DNA of 64,000 nt, from the NCBI GenBank assembly GCA_963766735.1, contig CAVYBU010000006.1:1-64000 (forward strand), given 5' to 3'. Source of the stretch: an uncultured Chloroflexia bacterium (GTDB lineage Bacteria; Chloroflexota; Limnocylindria; Limnocylindrales; CSP1-4). The notes beneath the pieces were generated by a model that was not told the origin of the DNA, searched no databases, and saw only the letters and a list, made by a program, of their open reading frames with translations. Below, in pieces: positions 20,405 to 30,928 of the stretch; the first letter of the stretch is position 1, and every line of letters begins with the position of its first letter. The position numbers and the translations under genes were made by a program.

Positions 20405-20908
20405 CTACCCCAGCGGCTCCGCGTTCGAGGAATCGCCCAGGACGGCATCCGTCTGGGCCTCCCGGTAGGCGTCCAGCCTGGCGGCGAGCGCCGGGTCCGA
20501 CAGCGCCAGGATCGAGGCAGCCAGCAGGGCCGCGTTCTCCGCGTTCCCGATCGCCACGGTCGCCACCGGGATCCCGCGCGGCATCTGGACGATGGACAGC
20601 AGGGAGTCCAGGCCGCCCAGGTGCTGGGTGGGGATCGGGACGCCGATCACCGGCAGGGACGTCTTGGCGGCCAGCATCCCGGGCAGGTGGGCGGCCCCGC
20701 CCGCACCGGCGACGATCACGCGCAACCCCCGCTCCCTGGCCGTTTCGGCATAGCGGAACAGGTGGTCCGGCGTCCGGTGGGCGGACACGACGCGCAGCTC
20801 GCACGGCACGCCCAGCTCGCCCAGAAGGGCCTGCGCCTTCTCCAGGACGGGGAAGTCGGAGCGGCTGCCCCCAACGATGCCGACCAGAGCCGGACCAGGA
20901 AGAACCAT
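20405..20908 (-). CDS. purE: N5-CAIR mutase
   Basis: GSRSD, VSAHRTP, AGAGGAAHLPGM, SIVQMPRGIPVATVAIG. Confidence 0.97.
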   Translation of the reverse strand: MVLPGPALVGIVGGSRSDFPVLEKAQALLGELGVPCELRVVSAHRTPDHLFRYAETARERGLRVIVAGAGGAAHLPGMLAAKTSLPVIGVPIPTQHLGGLDSLLSIVQMPRGIPVATVAIGNAENAALLAASILALSDPALAARLDAYREAQTDAVLGDSSNAEPLG

Positions 20909-21684
20909 CAGAAGGTCTCGATCTCAACGGGTTCCACGCCCAGAGTGTCGGCTATCACGCGCAACGTCGCAGCGTGGGGACGCACGACCTCGCCCCGCTC
21001 GATCCGGCCAATCTCCTTCGAGCTGATGCCAGGGAACCCGTCTCGCGGCACAGCGCGCTGGATCCGCAGTCGGCGCAGGCAAGCCCCGAAGGAGATGTCC
21101 GTCTCGACCTGGCGGTTCCGCTCTCGAGCCCGGTAGGCACGGTCGAAGTCGTAGAGGATCGCGTCCATGGAGGCCTCGTACGGGCCAAGACGGATCGCGA
21201 GGCCGGAATCCGTGACGGCGACGTCGCGGAAGTCCGGCTCCGTGCCTGTCCCGGACGGGCGAAACCAGACCCACGGGACGATCGTTCGGTCGAGATCACC
21301 TCGAATGATCACGATGGCTTCGCGTGCCTCGTTGACCAAGGCGCCCACGGCGAGGTCCGCGAAATGGGGTGCCAGCAGCACAGCGCCGATATCGTCGAAG
21401 GGCAGGAAGCCGGGCCTCGGGCCAGACACGACATCTGAGAACAGCGCCGCCAGAAACGCGTGGAGGGACGAGTCGAGCTCCTCGGTCACCAGCAGGCGGT
21501 CCCGGCCAAGACGATCGACGGGCTGGAAGCGCTCGGTCTGGGCGGCCGAGGTGGCGATCCAGTGGCGGGTTCGATCCGAGACGCGGAGGCACATCAGCCC
21601 GGGCTCCACGATGGTCAGGCGCCCGGACTGTTCCCCGTGCTCGTCTTCCCGGTAGGGATCGTCAGGAAGATCCAGGAGGGTCAC
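20908..21684 (-). CDS. DUF2442-like protein with C-terminal XRE HTH (putative antitoxin)
   Basis: C-terminal FGACLRRLR...IGRIERGEV..PHAATLRVIA; translationally coupled to the DUF4160 gene. Confidence 0.6.
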   Translation of the reverse strand: MTLLDLPDDPYREDEHGEQSGRLTIVEPGLMCLRVSDRTRHWIATSAAQTERFQPVDRLGRDRLLVTEELDSSLHAFLAALFSDVVSGPRPGFLPFDDIGAVLLAPHFADLAVGALVNEAREAIVIIRGDLDRTIVPWVWFRPSGTGTEPDFRDVAVTDSGLAIRLGPYEASMDAILYDFDRAYRARERNRQVETDISFGACLRRLRIQRAVPRDGFPGISSKEIGRIERGEVVRPHAATLRVIADTLGVEPVEIETF

Positions 21685-21968
21685 GGCTTGTCCTCTGTCT
21701 TGGTGACGGGATTGCCAGGGTGCGTCAGGTCCCAGAGACGCACGAGCTCTGCATGCTTCGCGAGCAGGAGGGCGCGGATCTCAGAGGGCACGTCGCGAGG
21801 ATGGGGCTCCCTGTTCATGAACTGGCGCGACCGAAGGTTCCAACGCCACGCGAGGTGACCCCGGACCACCGTGGCGTGGGGCGGCTCCAGACACTCGTTG
21901 TCATAGATCTTGATCTTCCAACGTTGGGTGGCGAGCCTTTCGGAGAGCGGGAGTTGCGCCGGCATCAC
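21681..21968 (-). CDS. DUF4160-like protein
   Basis: IKIYDNE..EPPHATV...LVRLWD. Confidence 0.7.
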   Translation of the reverse strand: MMPAQLPLSERLATQRWKIKIYDNECLEPPHATVVRGHLAWRWNLRSRQFMNREPHPRDVPSEIRALLLAKHAELVRLWDLTHPGNPVTKTEDKP

Positions 21969-21991
21969 CCTTCACTCCGCGAGCTGATGCC

Positions 21992-22035
21992 AGTATGTCC
22001 CTCTGTGCGTATGTGTCAAGTAGGACATATATGTC
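21992..22035 (-). promoter_or_regulatory. Promoter with adjacent palindromic operator
   Basis: Minus strand TTGACA-16 bp-CATACT; perfect palindrome GACATATATGTC at 22024-22035. Confidence 0.55.
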
Positions 22036-22198
22036 ATGGGATCATCCTGCCTCGGTGACAGCGGGGAGTCGCAGGATGAGGAGGACCGCTTCACTGGGGC
22101 TTTGATGGGCGGCATGGAGGCCGCCGCCATCTCGGGCTTCAGCCGGAGCGCAGGAGCCGATCTCCGCGGGCTGGCCCAGTCCGCAGGAGACGAGGAGG

Positions 22199-23917
22199 TC
22201 AGTCCTCCCAGCTCAGCGCCGCGCGGGCCCGCCGGGCCCGCTCCAGGGCCTCGTCAACGTCGCGGCCGACGACCGTCACGTGCCCCATCTTGCGCCGCTC
22301 GAACACCCGGCGCTTGTCGTAGACGTGCACGTGGGCGTCCGGATCTGCCAGGGCACCGTCCAGGCCGGCGAGCCGTGCCGGCCGGTCCGCTCCGGTCCCC
22401 AGCAGGTTGACCATCGCGCTGGCGCCGTGCGGCCGGACCGATCCCAGCGGCAGCCCCGCGATCGCGCGCACGTGCTGCTCGAACTGCGAGGTGACCGCCC
22501 CTTCGATGGTCCAATGGCCGGAGTTGTGCACCCGCGGGGCCAGCTCGTTGATCATCAGCCCGCCGCCGCGCAGCTGGAACAGCTCCGCCGTCATCACGCC
22601 CACCAGGTCAAGCCCGCGCGCGAGGTTGTCCACGATCGCGGCCGCGTCGGCCGCCACCAGCGGGTGGACGGGCGCGGGGGCCACGGTCTCGACCAGGATC
22701 CCGGCGTCGTGCACGTTGCGCGAGACCGGCCACGCGAGCGTCCGGCCGTCACGCCCTCGCGCGCACACCACGGACAGCTCCGCCTCGAAATCGATCTCGC
22801 GCTCGAGCAGCAGGGGCCGGCCGGCGTCGCCACCCAGCAGCGCCACCGCGGCCGCGACCTCGGCACGCGACGTGACCCGCACCTGGCTCCGCCCGTCGTA
22901 CCCGCCCAGCGGAAGCTTCAGGCGGGCCGGGTAGCCGAGCGCTTCCGCCGCCGCCTCCGCCTCCGCGACGCCCCGCACCTCCCGCCAGGGCGCCGTCCAC
23001 TCCCCGATCTCACGGATGAAGCGGCGCTCCGCCAGACGGTCCTGGGTGGCGCGCAGGGCAGCAAGCCCCGGTCGCAGCGGTGCGATCTCGCCGGCCGCCG
23101 CCGCCGCCTCGAGGCCCACGTGCTCAAGCTCGTAGGTGACCACGTCCGACATCGAGGCCAGCCGCCGGGCCGCGTGTGCATCGTCGTACCGGCCGACGAC
23201 GATCTCGTCCGCGACCGCCGCCGTGGGGCAGGCCGGGTCCGGGTCCAGCGCGATGAGCCGATACCCCATGGAGAGAGCCGCGAAGCCCAGCATCCGGCCC
23301 AGCTGGCCACCGCCCATGACCCCGATCGTCGAGCCGGGCGGCAGGGGATCCGGCGGGTCGGCCGGGCCCTGGCGGATCCCCAGGCGGTAGAGCGCGTCCT
23401 CGACGAAGTTGCCCTTGTGGACGGTGTAGAGCAGGTTCGCGTCTCCGTCCGGCGCGGCCTCCACGATCCGCCGCTTGGCCTCGGCGTAGGCATCGCGCAG
23501 GGCGCCGTCGGCCCGGAGGGCGTCGCGGAACGCCAGCTGCTCGGCCAGCTCCCGGCGTGCCGGAGGCATCACGTGGCAGTGGATCCGGAACGTGTCGCCG
23601 TCGTGGCGGACTGCACCGAACAGCAGCGGGCGCGTGGGCGGGAACGGCGCGAGCCCGACCTGCCCCTGGAACCCGAGCGAGCGCAGCGCATCCACCACCG
23701 CCGGGATGTCGTCCGGGGCTGCCTCGATGCCCAGGTCCACGATGTTCTTGCCGGGAAGGCCCGGGACCGCGGTGCTGCCGACGTGCTCCGCGGTGGTGCC
23801 GGGGAGTGCGGACGCGATCAGCCGCGCCAGCTCCCGGGCGACGTCGATCGTCCGGGGATCCCACGGGTGGAACGCGGCCGGCTGGCGCTCGTACGGGCGG
23901 ATGGGCAGGTCCGACAT
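22199..23917 (-). CDS. purK: N5-CAIR synthetase with N-terminal GrpB (UPF0157) domain
   Basis: N-terminus EHVGSTAVPGLPGKNIVD, FRDALR, YAEAK; then GGGQLGRM, GYDGRSQ, NELAPRVHNSGH, RKMGH. Confidence 0.92.
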   Translation of the reverse strand: MSDLPIRPYERQPAAFHPWDPRTIDVARELARLIASALPGTTAEHVGSTAVPGLPGKNIVDLGIEAAPDDIPAVVDALRSLGFQGQVGLAPFPPTRPLLFGAVRHDGDTFRIHCHVMPPARRELAEQLAFRDALRADGALRDAYAEAKRRIVEAAPDGDANLLYTVHKGNFVEDALYRLGIRQGPADPPDPLPPGSTIGVMGGGQLGRMLGFAALSMGYRLIALDPDPACPTAAVADEIVVGRYDDAHAARRLASMSDVVTYELEHVGLEAAAAAGEIAPLRPGLAALRATQDRLAERRFIREIGEWTAPWREVRGVAEAEAAAEALGYPARLKLPLGGYDGRSQVRVTSRAEVAAAVALLGGDAGRPLLLEREIDFEAELSVVCARGRDGRTLAWPVSRNVHDAGILVETVAPAPVHPLVAADAAAIVDNLARGLDLVGVMTAELFQLRGGGLMINELAPRVHNSGHWTIEGAVTSQFEQHVRAIAGLPLGSVRPHGASAMVNLLGTGADRPARLAGLDGALADPDAHVHVYDKRRVFERRKMGHVTVVGRDVDEALERARRARAALSWED

Positions 23918-24117
23918 CGCACCTGAGTGTAGGTGAGTCCCCGACCAAGCCCGAAGGCTCTCCGCCGCCCGCCCTCGGCCGGCGCCCCGCCACCCGGCTG
24001 GTGACCCAACGGTTCCGTCCTGGAACAGCCTGCCCGCCCCGCACCTCGTTTGACTTTTTTGATGTTCAGCAACAGACTGAGCCCTGCGGACCTTGCCCAC
24101 GACCCGGAGGACACCCA

Positions 24118-24501
24118 ATGGCTCCCACCACGGCCCTTCTCACCGACGAGGAACAGCAGACGCTCAAGGCCGTGCTGCCCGCAATCCGGCGTACATCGCC
24201 GGACGCCGCGAGGATCCTCAACCGCCTGATGCGCGCGATCGCGTCGGGCAAGGTCACCGACGCCGGCCTGTATGCCTCGGTGACCGAGGTGGCGGCAGCC
24301 TTTGACGTGACCCCGCAGACGATCCGCAACTGGGCCGACCGTGGCTGGCTCCCGAGCGAGCGGACCATGGGCGGCGCGCGCCGCATACCGCGCTCGGCGC
24401 TCGCCTCGGCACAGGCGCTTGCCCGGCCGCGGCCCGCCACGCCGGACCTCTCTCCCGAGCAGATCGCCGCCATCATCAACGCCCCGCGTCGCGCCAAGTG
24501 A
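24118..24501 (+). CDS. MerR/excisionase-like HTH protein (putative antitoxin)
   Basis: SVTEVAAAFDVTPQTIRNWADRGWL..RT.GGARR; GGAGG RBS. Confidence 0.75.
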   Translation: MAPTTALLTDEEQQTLKAVLPAIRRTSPDAARILNRLMRAIASGKVTDAGLYASVTEVAAAFDVTPQTIRNWADRGWLPSERTMGGARRIPRSALASAQALARPRPATPDLSPEQIAAIINAPRRAK

Positions 24502-24968
24502 CCGCCCGCCCCATCGTCGTCATCGACACGAGCGTCTTCCTCCAGGACGCGTTCTCGAAGGCGCGAAGGGGCGCGGCATCGCAGCTGCTCGCGATCGTGC
24601 CGGTGATCGCGCACGTGGTGATGTGCGATGACATCCGCGACGAGATCCTCGAGAAGTTCGAAGAGCACCTGGGCTGGTCGAGGGCGCAGGTGCTCTCCAC
24701 CTACGGTCCGGTCTTTCGGGTCGCGCTCTGGGCCACGCCGGTCGAGGAGCGCGAGGACCACCGGCGGATCGTGAACGACGACTCGGATGACACGATGTTC
24801 GTGCGTGTGGCCGAGGCCATCTACACGGACCTCCCGACGATCATCGAGGCCGACCAGATCCGCCTCATCGTCAGCGAGAACACGAACGACTTTCGACCCG
24901 GCACCGCCTACGCGGGGTTCATCTTCGGAACCGCCCACGATGCACTGGTGGCCCTGGGCGCGATCTGA
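24498..24968 (+). CDS. PIN-domain protein (putative toxin)
   Basis: VVIDTSVF, DDSDD, IVSENTNDF; overlaps the HTH gene. Confidence 0.75.
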   Translation: MTARPIVVIDTSVFLQDAFSKARRGAASQLLAIVPVIAHVVMCDDIRDEILEKFEEHLGWSRAQVLSTYGPVFRVALWATPVEEREDHRRIVNDDSDDTMFVRVAEAIYTDLPTIIEADQIRLIVSENTNDFRPGTAYAGFIFGTAHDALVALGAI

Positions 24969-25013
24969 AGGACGAGCGGGATCCGCCCCATCGCCCGCTG
25001 TTATCCTCGCGCC

Positions 25014-25748
25014 ATGCTCAACGGCGCACCCGGACCCTACGGCGTGGCGGCGCCCCGGATCCTCATCGTGGACGACGATCCGAACCTGCTGGTGATCCTC
25101 GCCGACCAGCTGCGGGCCGACGGCTACCAGGTCCAGACGGCCCGCGACGGCGAGGAGGCCCTGCGCCGGCTGGACAGCGCCTGGCCCGACCTCCTGGTCA
25201 TCGACATGCTCATGCCGCGCATGGACGGCCTGACGCTTGCGCGCGAGGTCAAGGCCCGCGCCGACCTGCCGATCATCGTGCTGTCCGCCATCGACACCGC
25301 GGACTCCAAGGCGGACCTCCTCGACGAGGTGGCCGAGGACTACGTCACCAAGCCGTACCACTACCCGGAGCTGCGGGCGCGGATCCAGCGCGTCATGCGC
25401 AGGCTCGGCGACCGGGTCCCGCGCCAGCGCCTGGACCTGGGGCCGAACCTCGCCCTGGAGCTGCACCGGCGGGAGGCGATCGTGGCCGGCAACGTCGTGT
25501 CGCTCACGCCCACCGAGTCCCGGCTGCTGTACGCGCTCGCCGCCAACCTCGGCCAGACCGTGACCACCGAGACGCTCCTCGTCCGCGGCTGGGCCGACAC
25601 CGAGGACGCCGACCCCAGCTACGTCTGGGTGACGATGCGGCGCCTGCGCCAGAAGGTGGAGGTGGACCCCGGCAAGCCGGCCCACCTGCTCACCGTCCGC
25701 GGCATCGGCTACCGCCTGGTGAGCGCCGGGACGCCCGTCGAGCCGTGA
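25014..25748 (+). CDS. OmpR-family response regulator
   Basis: ILIVDDD, DMLMPRMDG, DYVTKP, LTPTE, RLRQK, TVRGIGY. Confidence 0.95.
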   Translation: MLNGAPGPYGVAAPRILIVDDDPNLLVILADQLRADGYQVQTARDGEEALRRLDSAWPDLLVIDMLMPRMDGLTLAREVKARADLPIIVLSAIDTADSKADLLDEVAEDYVTKPYHYPELRARIQRVMRRLGDRVPRQRLDLGPNLALELHRREAIVAGNVVSLTPTESRLLYALAANLGQTVTTETLLVRGWADTEDADPSYVWVTMRRLRQKVEVDPGKPAHLLTVRGIGYRLVSAGTPVEP

Positions 25749-27286
25749 CCCCGCCGGTGGAGAACGGTGAACCCGCCGGCCGAGCCGTGACCGCGCCGGA
25801 GGAGAGCGCGGAGCCCGTCCCCCGCACCCGGAGCTCCGGCCTGGGCTTCCGGACGCGCCTGACGCTGGGCCTGATCACGGCCGCCGTCCTCCCGGTCGCC
25901 GCCTTCGGCGTCGTCGTGCTCATCGTGACCGGCACCGGTGTCGAGGCGGATGCGACCATCGCCCGCGTCCTGCTCCTGGCCATCGCGCTCACCGTCGTGT
26001 TCGCTGTGCTCCTGGCGGCGTTCATCGCCGCGGATCTCGGCGCGCCGCTCCGGGCGATCGCCCGGTCCGTGGACCGCGTGTCCGCGGGCGACCTCACGAC
26101 ACCGCTGGAGCTGCCCGGCGACGACGAGTTCAGCCGCCTGGCGGAGAGCCACAACCGCCTCGCCCGTGACCTTGTGCGCCGCAACCAGGAGCTGCGCAGG
26201 ATCCTGGCGGCGCTGGAGTCGATCACCCTCGACGAGCGCCCCGAGGACCTGGCGCTCCGGGCGGCCGGCCGAGCGCGCGAGGCCTTCGGCATGATCGAGT
26301 GCGCGATCCTGTTCGAGGACCCGCGCGACGTCCCGGTCCAGGAGCAGGTGCCCGGAGACCCCGTTCCGGTGCGGGCGGAGCTCTCTGCCGCCGGCGAGGT
26401 GCTGGGCGTGGCCGTGGGCCACCTGCCGGCCACGCGCCGCTGGGAACGCGCCGACCAGGACCTGTTCGAGCTGTTCGCGATCGAGGTCTCCGCGGCCATC
26501 CGCAACGCCCAGCTGTACGCCCGCGTGGAGGACCAGAACCGGCGCCTGGTGGAGCTGGACGAGGCCAAGGACGACTTCCTCCGCGGCGTCTCGCACAACC
26601 TGCAGACGCCGCTCGCGAGCATCCGCGGCTACGCGCAGCAGCTGGCCACGGAGGCCCCGGACCGGCGGCTGGGCATCATCACCGAGCAGGCCGACCGCCT
26701 CTCGCGCATGGTCCGCCAGCTGCTGACCGTCAGCCGCATCGAGTCGGGCGCGCTGCGTCCCCGCCTGGAGGTGTTCGCCCCCGCCGCGCGCGTTCGGAAG
26801 ACGTGGGAGGCGCTGGGTGCCGCCGACGTGCCGTTCACCCTCGAGGACCGCTCGGCGGGGTGGCTGGCGCTGGCGGACCCGGACCAGCTGGACCAGGTCC
26901 TGTGGGCGATCCTGGACAACGCGGTGAGCCACGGCGGGCGGACGCCGGTGGACGCCGTGGTCCGCCTGGATGAGGCCGCGTCCGGGATCGCCATCACGAT
27001 CGCGGACCGCGGGCCAGGCGTCGGGGACGAGGATCGGGACCGGCTCTTCCAGCGCTACGAGCGCGGCGTGGCCCGGTCGAGCGACGAGGGCTCCGGCCTT
27101 GGTCTCTACGTCTCGCGGGAGCTGTGCCGGGCGATGCACGGCGACCTGGTCCTGGAGCCCGCCGGAGAGAATGGCGGCGCGGCAGACGCCGCGCAGGACG
27201 GTGCGCCAGCCGGCACGGATCGAGGCGCGCCCATCGGCGCCGCGCTCACGATCCACCTCCCCGCGGAGGCCCCCGAGGAGTCCTGA
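25745..27286 (+). CDS. Sensor histidine kinase (TM-HAMP-GAF-like-HisKA-HATPase)
   Basis: VSHNLQTPL, LDNA, DRGPG, GSGLGL. Confidence 0.93.
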   Translation: MTPPVENGEPAGRAVTAPEESAEPVPRTRSSGLGFRTRLTLGLITAAVLPVAAFGVVVLIVTGTGVEADATIARVLLLAIALTVVFAVLLAAFIAADLGAPLRAIARSVDRVSAGDLTTPLELPGDDEFSRLAESHNRLARDLVRRNQELRRILAALESITLDERPEDLALRAAGRAREAFGMIECAILFEDPRDVPVQEQVPGDPVPVRAELSAAGEVLGVAVGHLPATRRWERADQDLFELFAIEVSAAIRNAQLYARVEDQNRRLVELDEAKDDFLRGVSHNLQTPLASIRGYAQQLATEAPDRRLGIITEQADRLSRMVRQLLTVSRIESGALRPRLEVFAPAARVRKTWEALGAADVPFTLEDRSAGWLALADPDQLDQVLWAILDNAVSHGGRTPVDAVVRLDEAASGIAITIADRGPGVGDEDRDRLFQRYERGVARSSDEGSGLGLYVSRELCRAMHGDLVLEPAGENGGAADAAQDGAPAGTDRGAPIGAALTIHLPAEAPEES

Positions 27287-27382
27287 GGGACCCGATCGGC
27301 TGCCCCGTCCGTCCTGGCCCGACGGTCCGGGGCAGTCATGGCCCGCCGTGCGTGTTGGGTGCCACTTGGCACCACTTCCGCG

Positions 27383-27432
27383 TGCCATTCGGCACTCATG
27401 CAATGTCGGCTGCAAGGTCCGCCCGGCACGCT
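27383..27432 (+). promoter_or_regulatory. Shared Tad-triplet upstream motif, copy 1
   Basis: TGC-N6-GCA..TGCAAT-N6-TGCAAG-N10-CACGCT. Confidence 0.55.
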
Positions 27433-27464
27433 GCCCCCAACGTCGTCCACACACCGTCCGGGGT

Positions 27465-28721
27465 ATGCGTCCCATGTCGTCCCTGTGGCCCGCAAGGGGC
27501 CCATCTCACCTGAGCACTGGAGGCGTCCGACCGCGTGGCTCGTCACGTCGGCGCTCGGACCCCGGGGTCCGCTCACGCGGCCAGTCGCGTCGTCGAGTTC
27601 GCGCTGGTTCTGCCGCTCCTCTTGCTGCTCGTCATGGGTGGCCTCGACTTCGGGCGTGTGTTCCTCGGCTGGGTCAGCCTCAACAACACGGCCCGCATCG
27701 CGGCCAACTTCGCGGCGTCGAACGCCGGGCTGATCAGCTCGGGCAACACGGCGGCCCTGGCTGCCTACAACAGCCTGGTCCAGGACGACGCGACGGCGAC
27801 CAACTGCGCGCCGCCGGACCCGATCCCTGCCCCCACGTACTCGCCCACCGCCGGGATCGGTGGCGACGCCACCGTTGGCCTGTCCTGCGACTTCCAGATC
27901 ATCACGCCCATCATCTCGGTGGTCCTCGGCAACCAGGTCACGGTGAGCGCGTCTGCCGTCTTCCCGGTTCGGACCGGGGTCGTCGCCAACGTTCCCGGGG
28001 GCGGTCCGCCGAGCCCGGTGGCCGCGTTCAACGTCAGCCCTGCCACCGGAGATGCCCCCCTGAGCGTGACGTTCAACAACGTCTCAACTGGCAACCCGAC
28101 GACCTATGCGTGGGACTTCGAGAACGACGGCATCGTCGACTCGACCGCCAAGGATCCGCCCGCACACGTCTACAGCGTCCCCGCCACGTACACCGCCGTC
28201 CTCACGGTTTCGAACGGCCTCGTGTCGTCCAGTGCGAACCGGACGATCACGGTGACGACGCCGCCCGGCCCGATCGCCAACTTCACGGTCACCCCGATGA
28301 CCGGCACGGCGCCGCAGACCGTCACGTTCGCCAACATCTCCACCGGGACGATCACCTCGTACGCGTGGGACTTCGACGGCGACGGGACGACGGACTCCAC
28401 GGTCAAGGACCCGCCGACCAGGTCGTATGCCGAGGGCAACTGGACGATCACCCTCACCGTGGCCGACGCCCTCGCCCAGTCATCCACGACAAGCAAGGTG
28501 GTCAGCTTCGCGGCCCCGATTCCGCTGTGCACCGTCCCCAACTACAAGAACCAGGACACGGACAACAACATCCAGCAGCAGTGGACGACGGCCGGGTTCC
28601 AGACAACGGTCATCTTCAACCCGTCGCGACCCCCGAATTCAAGATCACGAAGCAGTCGCGGCGGCCGGCTCGCCGAACAGCGTCGTGCGCGACCACCGTG
28701 ATGACGGTGTACGACAAGTGA
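27465..28721 (+). CDS. TadE-like minor pilin with two PKD domains and a PASTA-like domain (frameshifts)
   Basis: RGQS|VVEFALVLP, two YAWDF PKD repeats, CTVPN. Confidence 0.8.
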   Translation: MRPMSSLWPARGPSHLSTGGVRPRGSSRRRSDPGVRSRGQSRRRVRAGSAAPLAARHGWPRLRACVPRLGQPQQHGPHRGQLRGVERRADQLGQHGGPGCLQQPGPGRRDGDQLRAAGPDPCPHVLAHRRDRWRRHRWPVLRLPDHHAHHLGGPRQPGHGERVCRLPGSDRGRRQRSRGRSAEPGGRVQRQPCHRRCPPERDVQQRLNWQPDDLCVGLRERRHRRLDRQGSARTRLQRPRHVHRRPHGFERPRVVQCEPDDHGDDAARPDRQLHGHPDDRHGAADRHVRQHLHRDDHLVRVGLRRRRDDGLHGQGPADQVVCRGQLDDHPHRGRRPRPVIHDKQGGQLRGPDSAVHRPQLQEPGHGQQHPAAVDDGRVPDNGHLQPVATPEFKITKQSRRPARRTASCATTVMTVYDK

Positions 28722-28729
28722 GGCGCGCG

Positions 28730-29165
28730 ATGGGTGTGCGATGGTCGGGACGCGACTCCAGCCGGGGCCAGGGGCTCGCGGAGTTCGCGCTGATCTTCCC
28801 GGTCATGATGCTGCTCCTGGTGGCGATGTTCGACGCAGGACGGCTGGTCTTCGCCTACAACGACATCACGAATGCGGCCCGCGTCGGAGCACGGTCGCAA
28901 TCGTCAACCAGGGCTCCGGCGTGGCCGAGGCCGCGACGGTCGGCCAGGCGACCTCCCTGGGCCTGTCCAACTCGGACGTGACCGTCACCTACCTGCAGCC
29001 CGATCTCAGCGGGAGCTGCGCACAGCCCCGATGCCCTGGGCTGCGTGGCAGAGGTGAACGTGCCAGTTCGACTGGGCGGCGATCACGCCCATCATCGGCA
29101 ACGTCATCGGCCCCATCACGATCACCACGGAGACCCGCATGCCCATCGAGCGGGTGTTCCCGTGA
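28730..29165 (+). CDS. TadE-like minor pilin (frameshifts)
   Basis: RGQGLAEFALIFP, DAGR, TNAARVGAR; C-terminus MPIERVFP. Confidence 0.8.
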
Positions 29166-29209
29166 TCCATATCGTCCATCCCGTCGAGCCTCACCGGGGG
29201 TACATCGCC

Positions 29210-30418
29210 ATGAACCAGACGGCCGTACCACCCGTTCGGGGGGTCCAGGCCCTCGTCGTGATGGTCCTTGCCATGCTGACCATCGTCGCTGGCCTCGGCC
29301 TCATCATCGACGGCGGCAACGCCTGGGCCCAGCAGCGAATCACGCAGGCCGGCAACGATGCCGCCTCCGAGGCCGGTGCCATGGTCCTCGCCCAGAACCT
29401 CGCCGGGGCGACGACGCCCGCCGGGGGGTGGGACGGCGCGGTGAACACCGCCGTCACCGGTGCTGCCTCCAACAACGGCGCGGCGGTGGATGTCGCCTAC
29501 TACACGGATATCTGCGGCACCCTCCTCCGAAGCGATGGCACCAAGGCGGCCGGGCCCGGCGACGCGGCGGTCGTAGGCGCCGGCGTGCTGCCTACCAACA
29601 ACAACACCAATCCGGACTGCCCGGCGGGTGTCGTCGGACCGGTGGCGGGCGTCCAGGTCGCGGCTTCGCGCCAGTTCAGCACCTTCGTGTCCGGCGTGAT
29701 CGGGATCACGGGCCTGACGGCCAGTACCACCGCGACCGCGGTCAGCGGGCTGCTCCAGGGCAGCTGCGCGGCCGAGAGCGGCTGCATCGTCCTGCCGATC
29801 ACCGTGCCCGTGACCGTGGTTGACGTGCGCCGGCAACGGCGACGCCGAGCTCAGGGTCCCGACACGGTGGCCCAAGAACACGCGGAGTCATCGTCCCGCT
29901 GTGCAAGAACAACCCGGGCAACGTGGGCTGGCTGGACTGGACGCCCAAGGGCGGTGGCGCCGCCGAGCTGGAGCAGGCCATCCTCCACCCGAACAACCCG
30001 CCGATCGACCTGCCGTCCTGGAACTACGTGACAGAGACCGGAAACCCGAACTCGAAGACGATCGAGGACGCGCTCAACACCTACATGGGCCAGATCGTCC
30101 TGTTCCCGCTGTTCGACCTGACGTGCGGCGAGGATCCGGACCTCTCGCAGACCGCGATCGGTCCGGACTACGGGTGCGGGGACGTAGGCGACCGGGCCAG
30201 AACCAGTGGTACCGCTTCCCGGCGTTCGCCGCGTTCGAGCTCGAGGAGGCGTACGTCAACGGCAACGATAAGCAAGCCGGCCTGCGACACCGGGAACGGC
30301 GCGACGTCGTGCCTCATCGGCATAGTTCGTGGACTTCATCACGGTCGGGACCGTGGGGCCGGGCATCGGCGGCGGCACCACCGACGGCGCCGTGATCGGG
30401 ACGCAGCTCATCCGCTGA
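29210..30418 (+). CDS. TadG-like (Tad_N) protein (several frameshifts)
   Basis: GLIIDGGNAW, NDAASEAGA, GWLDW, Cys-rich, ends QLIR. Confidence 0.8.
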
Positions 30419-30534
30419 CGGTCGCGGCCCTCGTCCCGCGTCGCCTGGCGGACGGCGGTCGAGAGCGCAGCGAAGTTGGCGCGCGGGCGCGCGGTCAACT
30501 GGCGTCAGCTGGCGGCGGCCTCGCGGCCGAGTGG

Positions 30535-30762
30535 TCAGGCCGGTTCGCCCACTCGCGACGGGGTCGTCATCGCGACGGCGGCCTCGGCCGTGTCCTTGCG
30601 ACCCCAGATCCGGCCCATCGGGTCGCCGGCGATGAGCATCGCCACGGCCGCACCGAGAACTGGACCCCAGAGCTCCGTCAGGCCAGCGTAGGCCGCGATG
30701 AAGCTCCATGCGTACCAGGTGACGTAGAACCAGAGCAGACCGGCGAGAACGCGCTTCTTCAT
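30535..30762 (-). CDS. Small membrane protein
   Basis: MKKRVLAGLLWFYVTWYAW...DPMGRIW, 75 aa, two TM segments. Confidence 0.6.
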   Translation of the reverse strand: MKKRVLAGLLWFYVTWYAWSFIAAYAGLTELWGPVLGAAVAMLIAGDPMGRIWGRKDTAEAAVAMTTPSRVGEPA

Positions 30763-30829
30763 GGCCGCAGGTTCCACCCTCGGCGTCCTGGCGGCAATGG
30801 CATCTTCGTACCGGGACCAAAGGGGCCGT

Positions 30830-30880
30830 TGCGCTCTCGCGCCGCTCGCAAGGCGCGCGGCAAGGTACCAGGACGATAGT
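30830..30880 (+). promoter_or_regulatory. Shared Tad-triplet upstream motif, copy 2
   Basis: TGC-N6-GCG..CGCAAG-N6-GGCAAG-N10-GATAGT. Confidence 0.55.
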
Positions 30881-30928
30881 CCTAGTCTGCCGTCGGGGGG
30901 CGCGCGCACCGGGGAGTGCCGTACTGAT

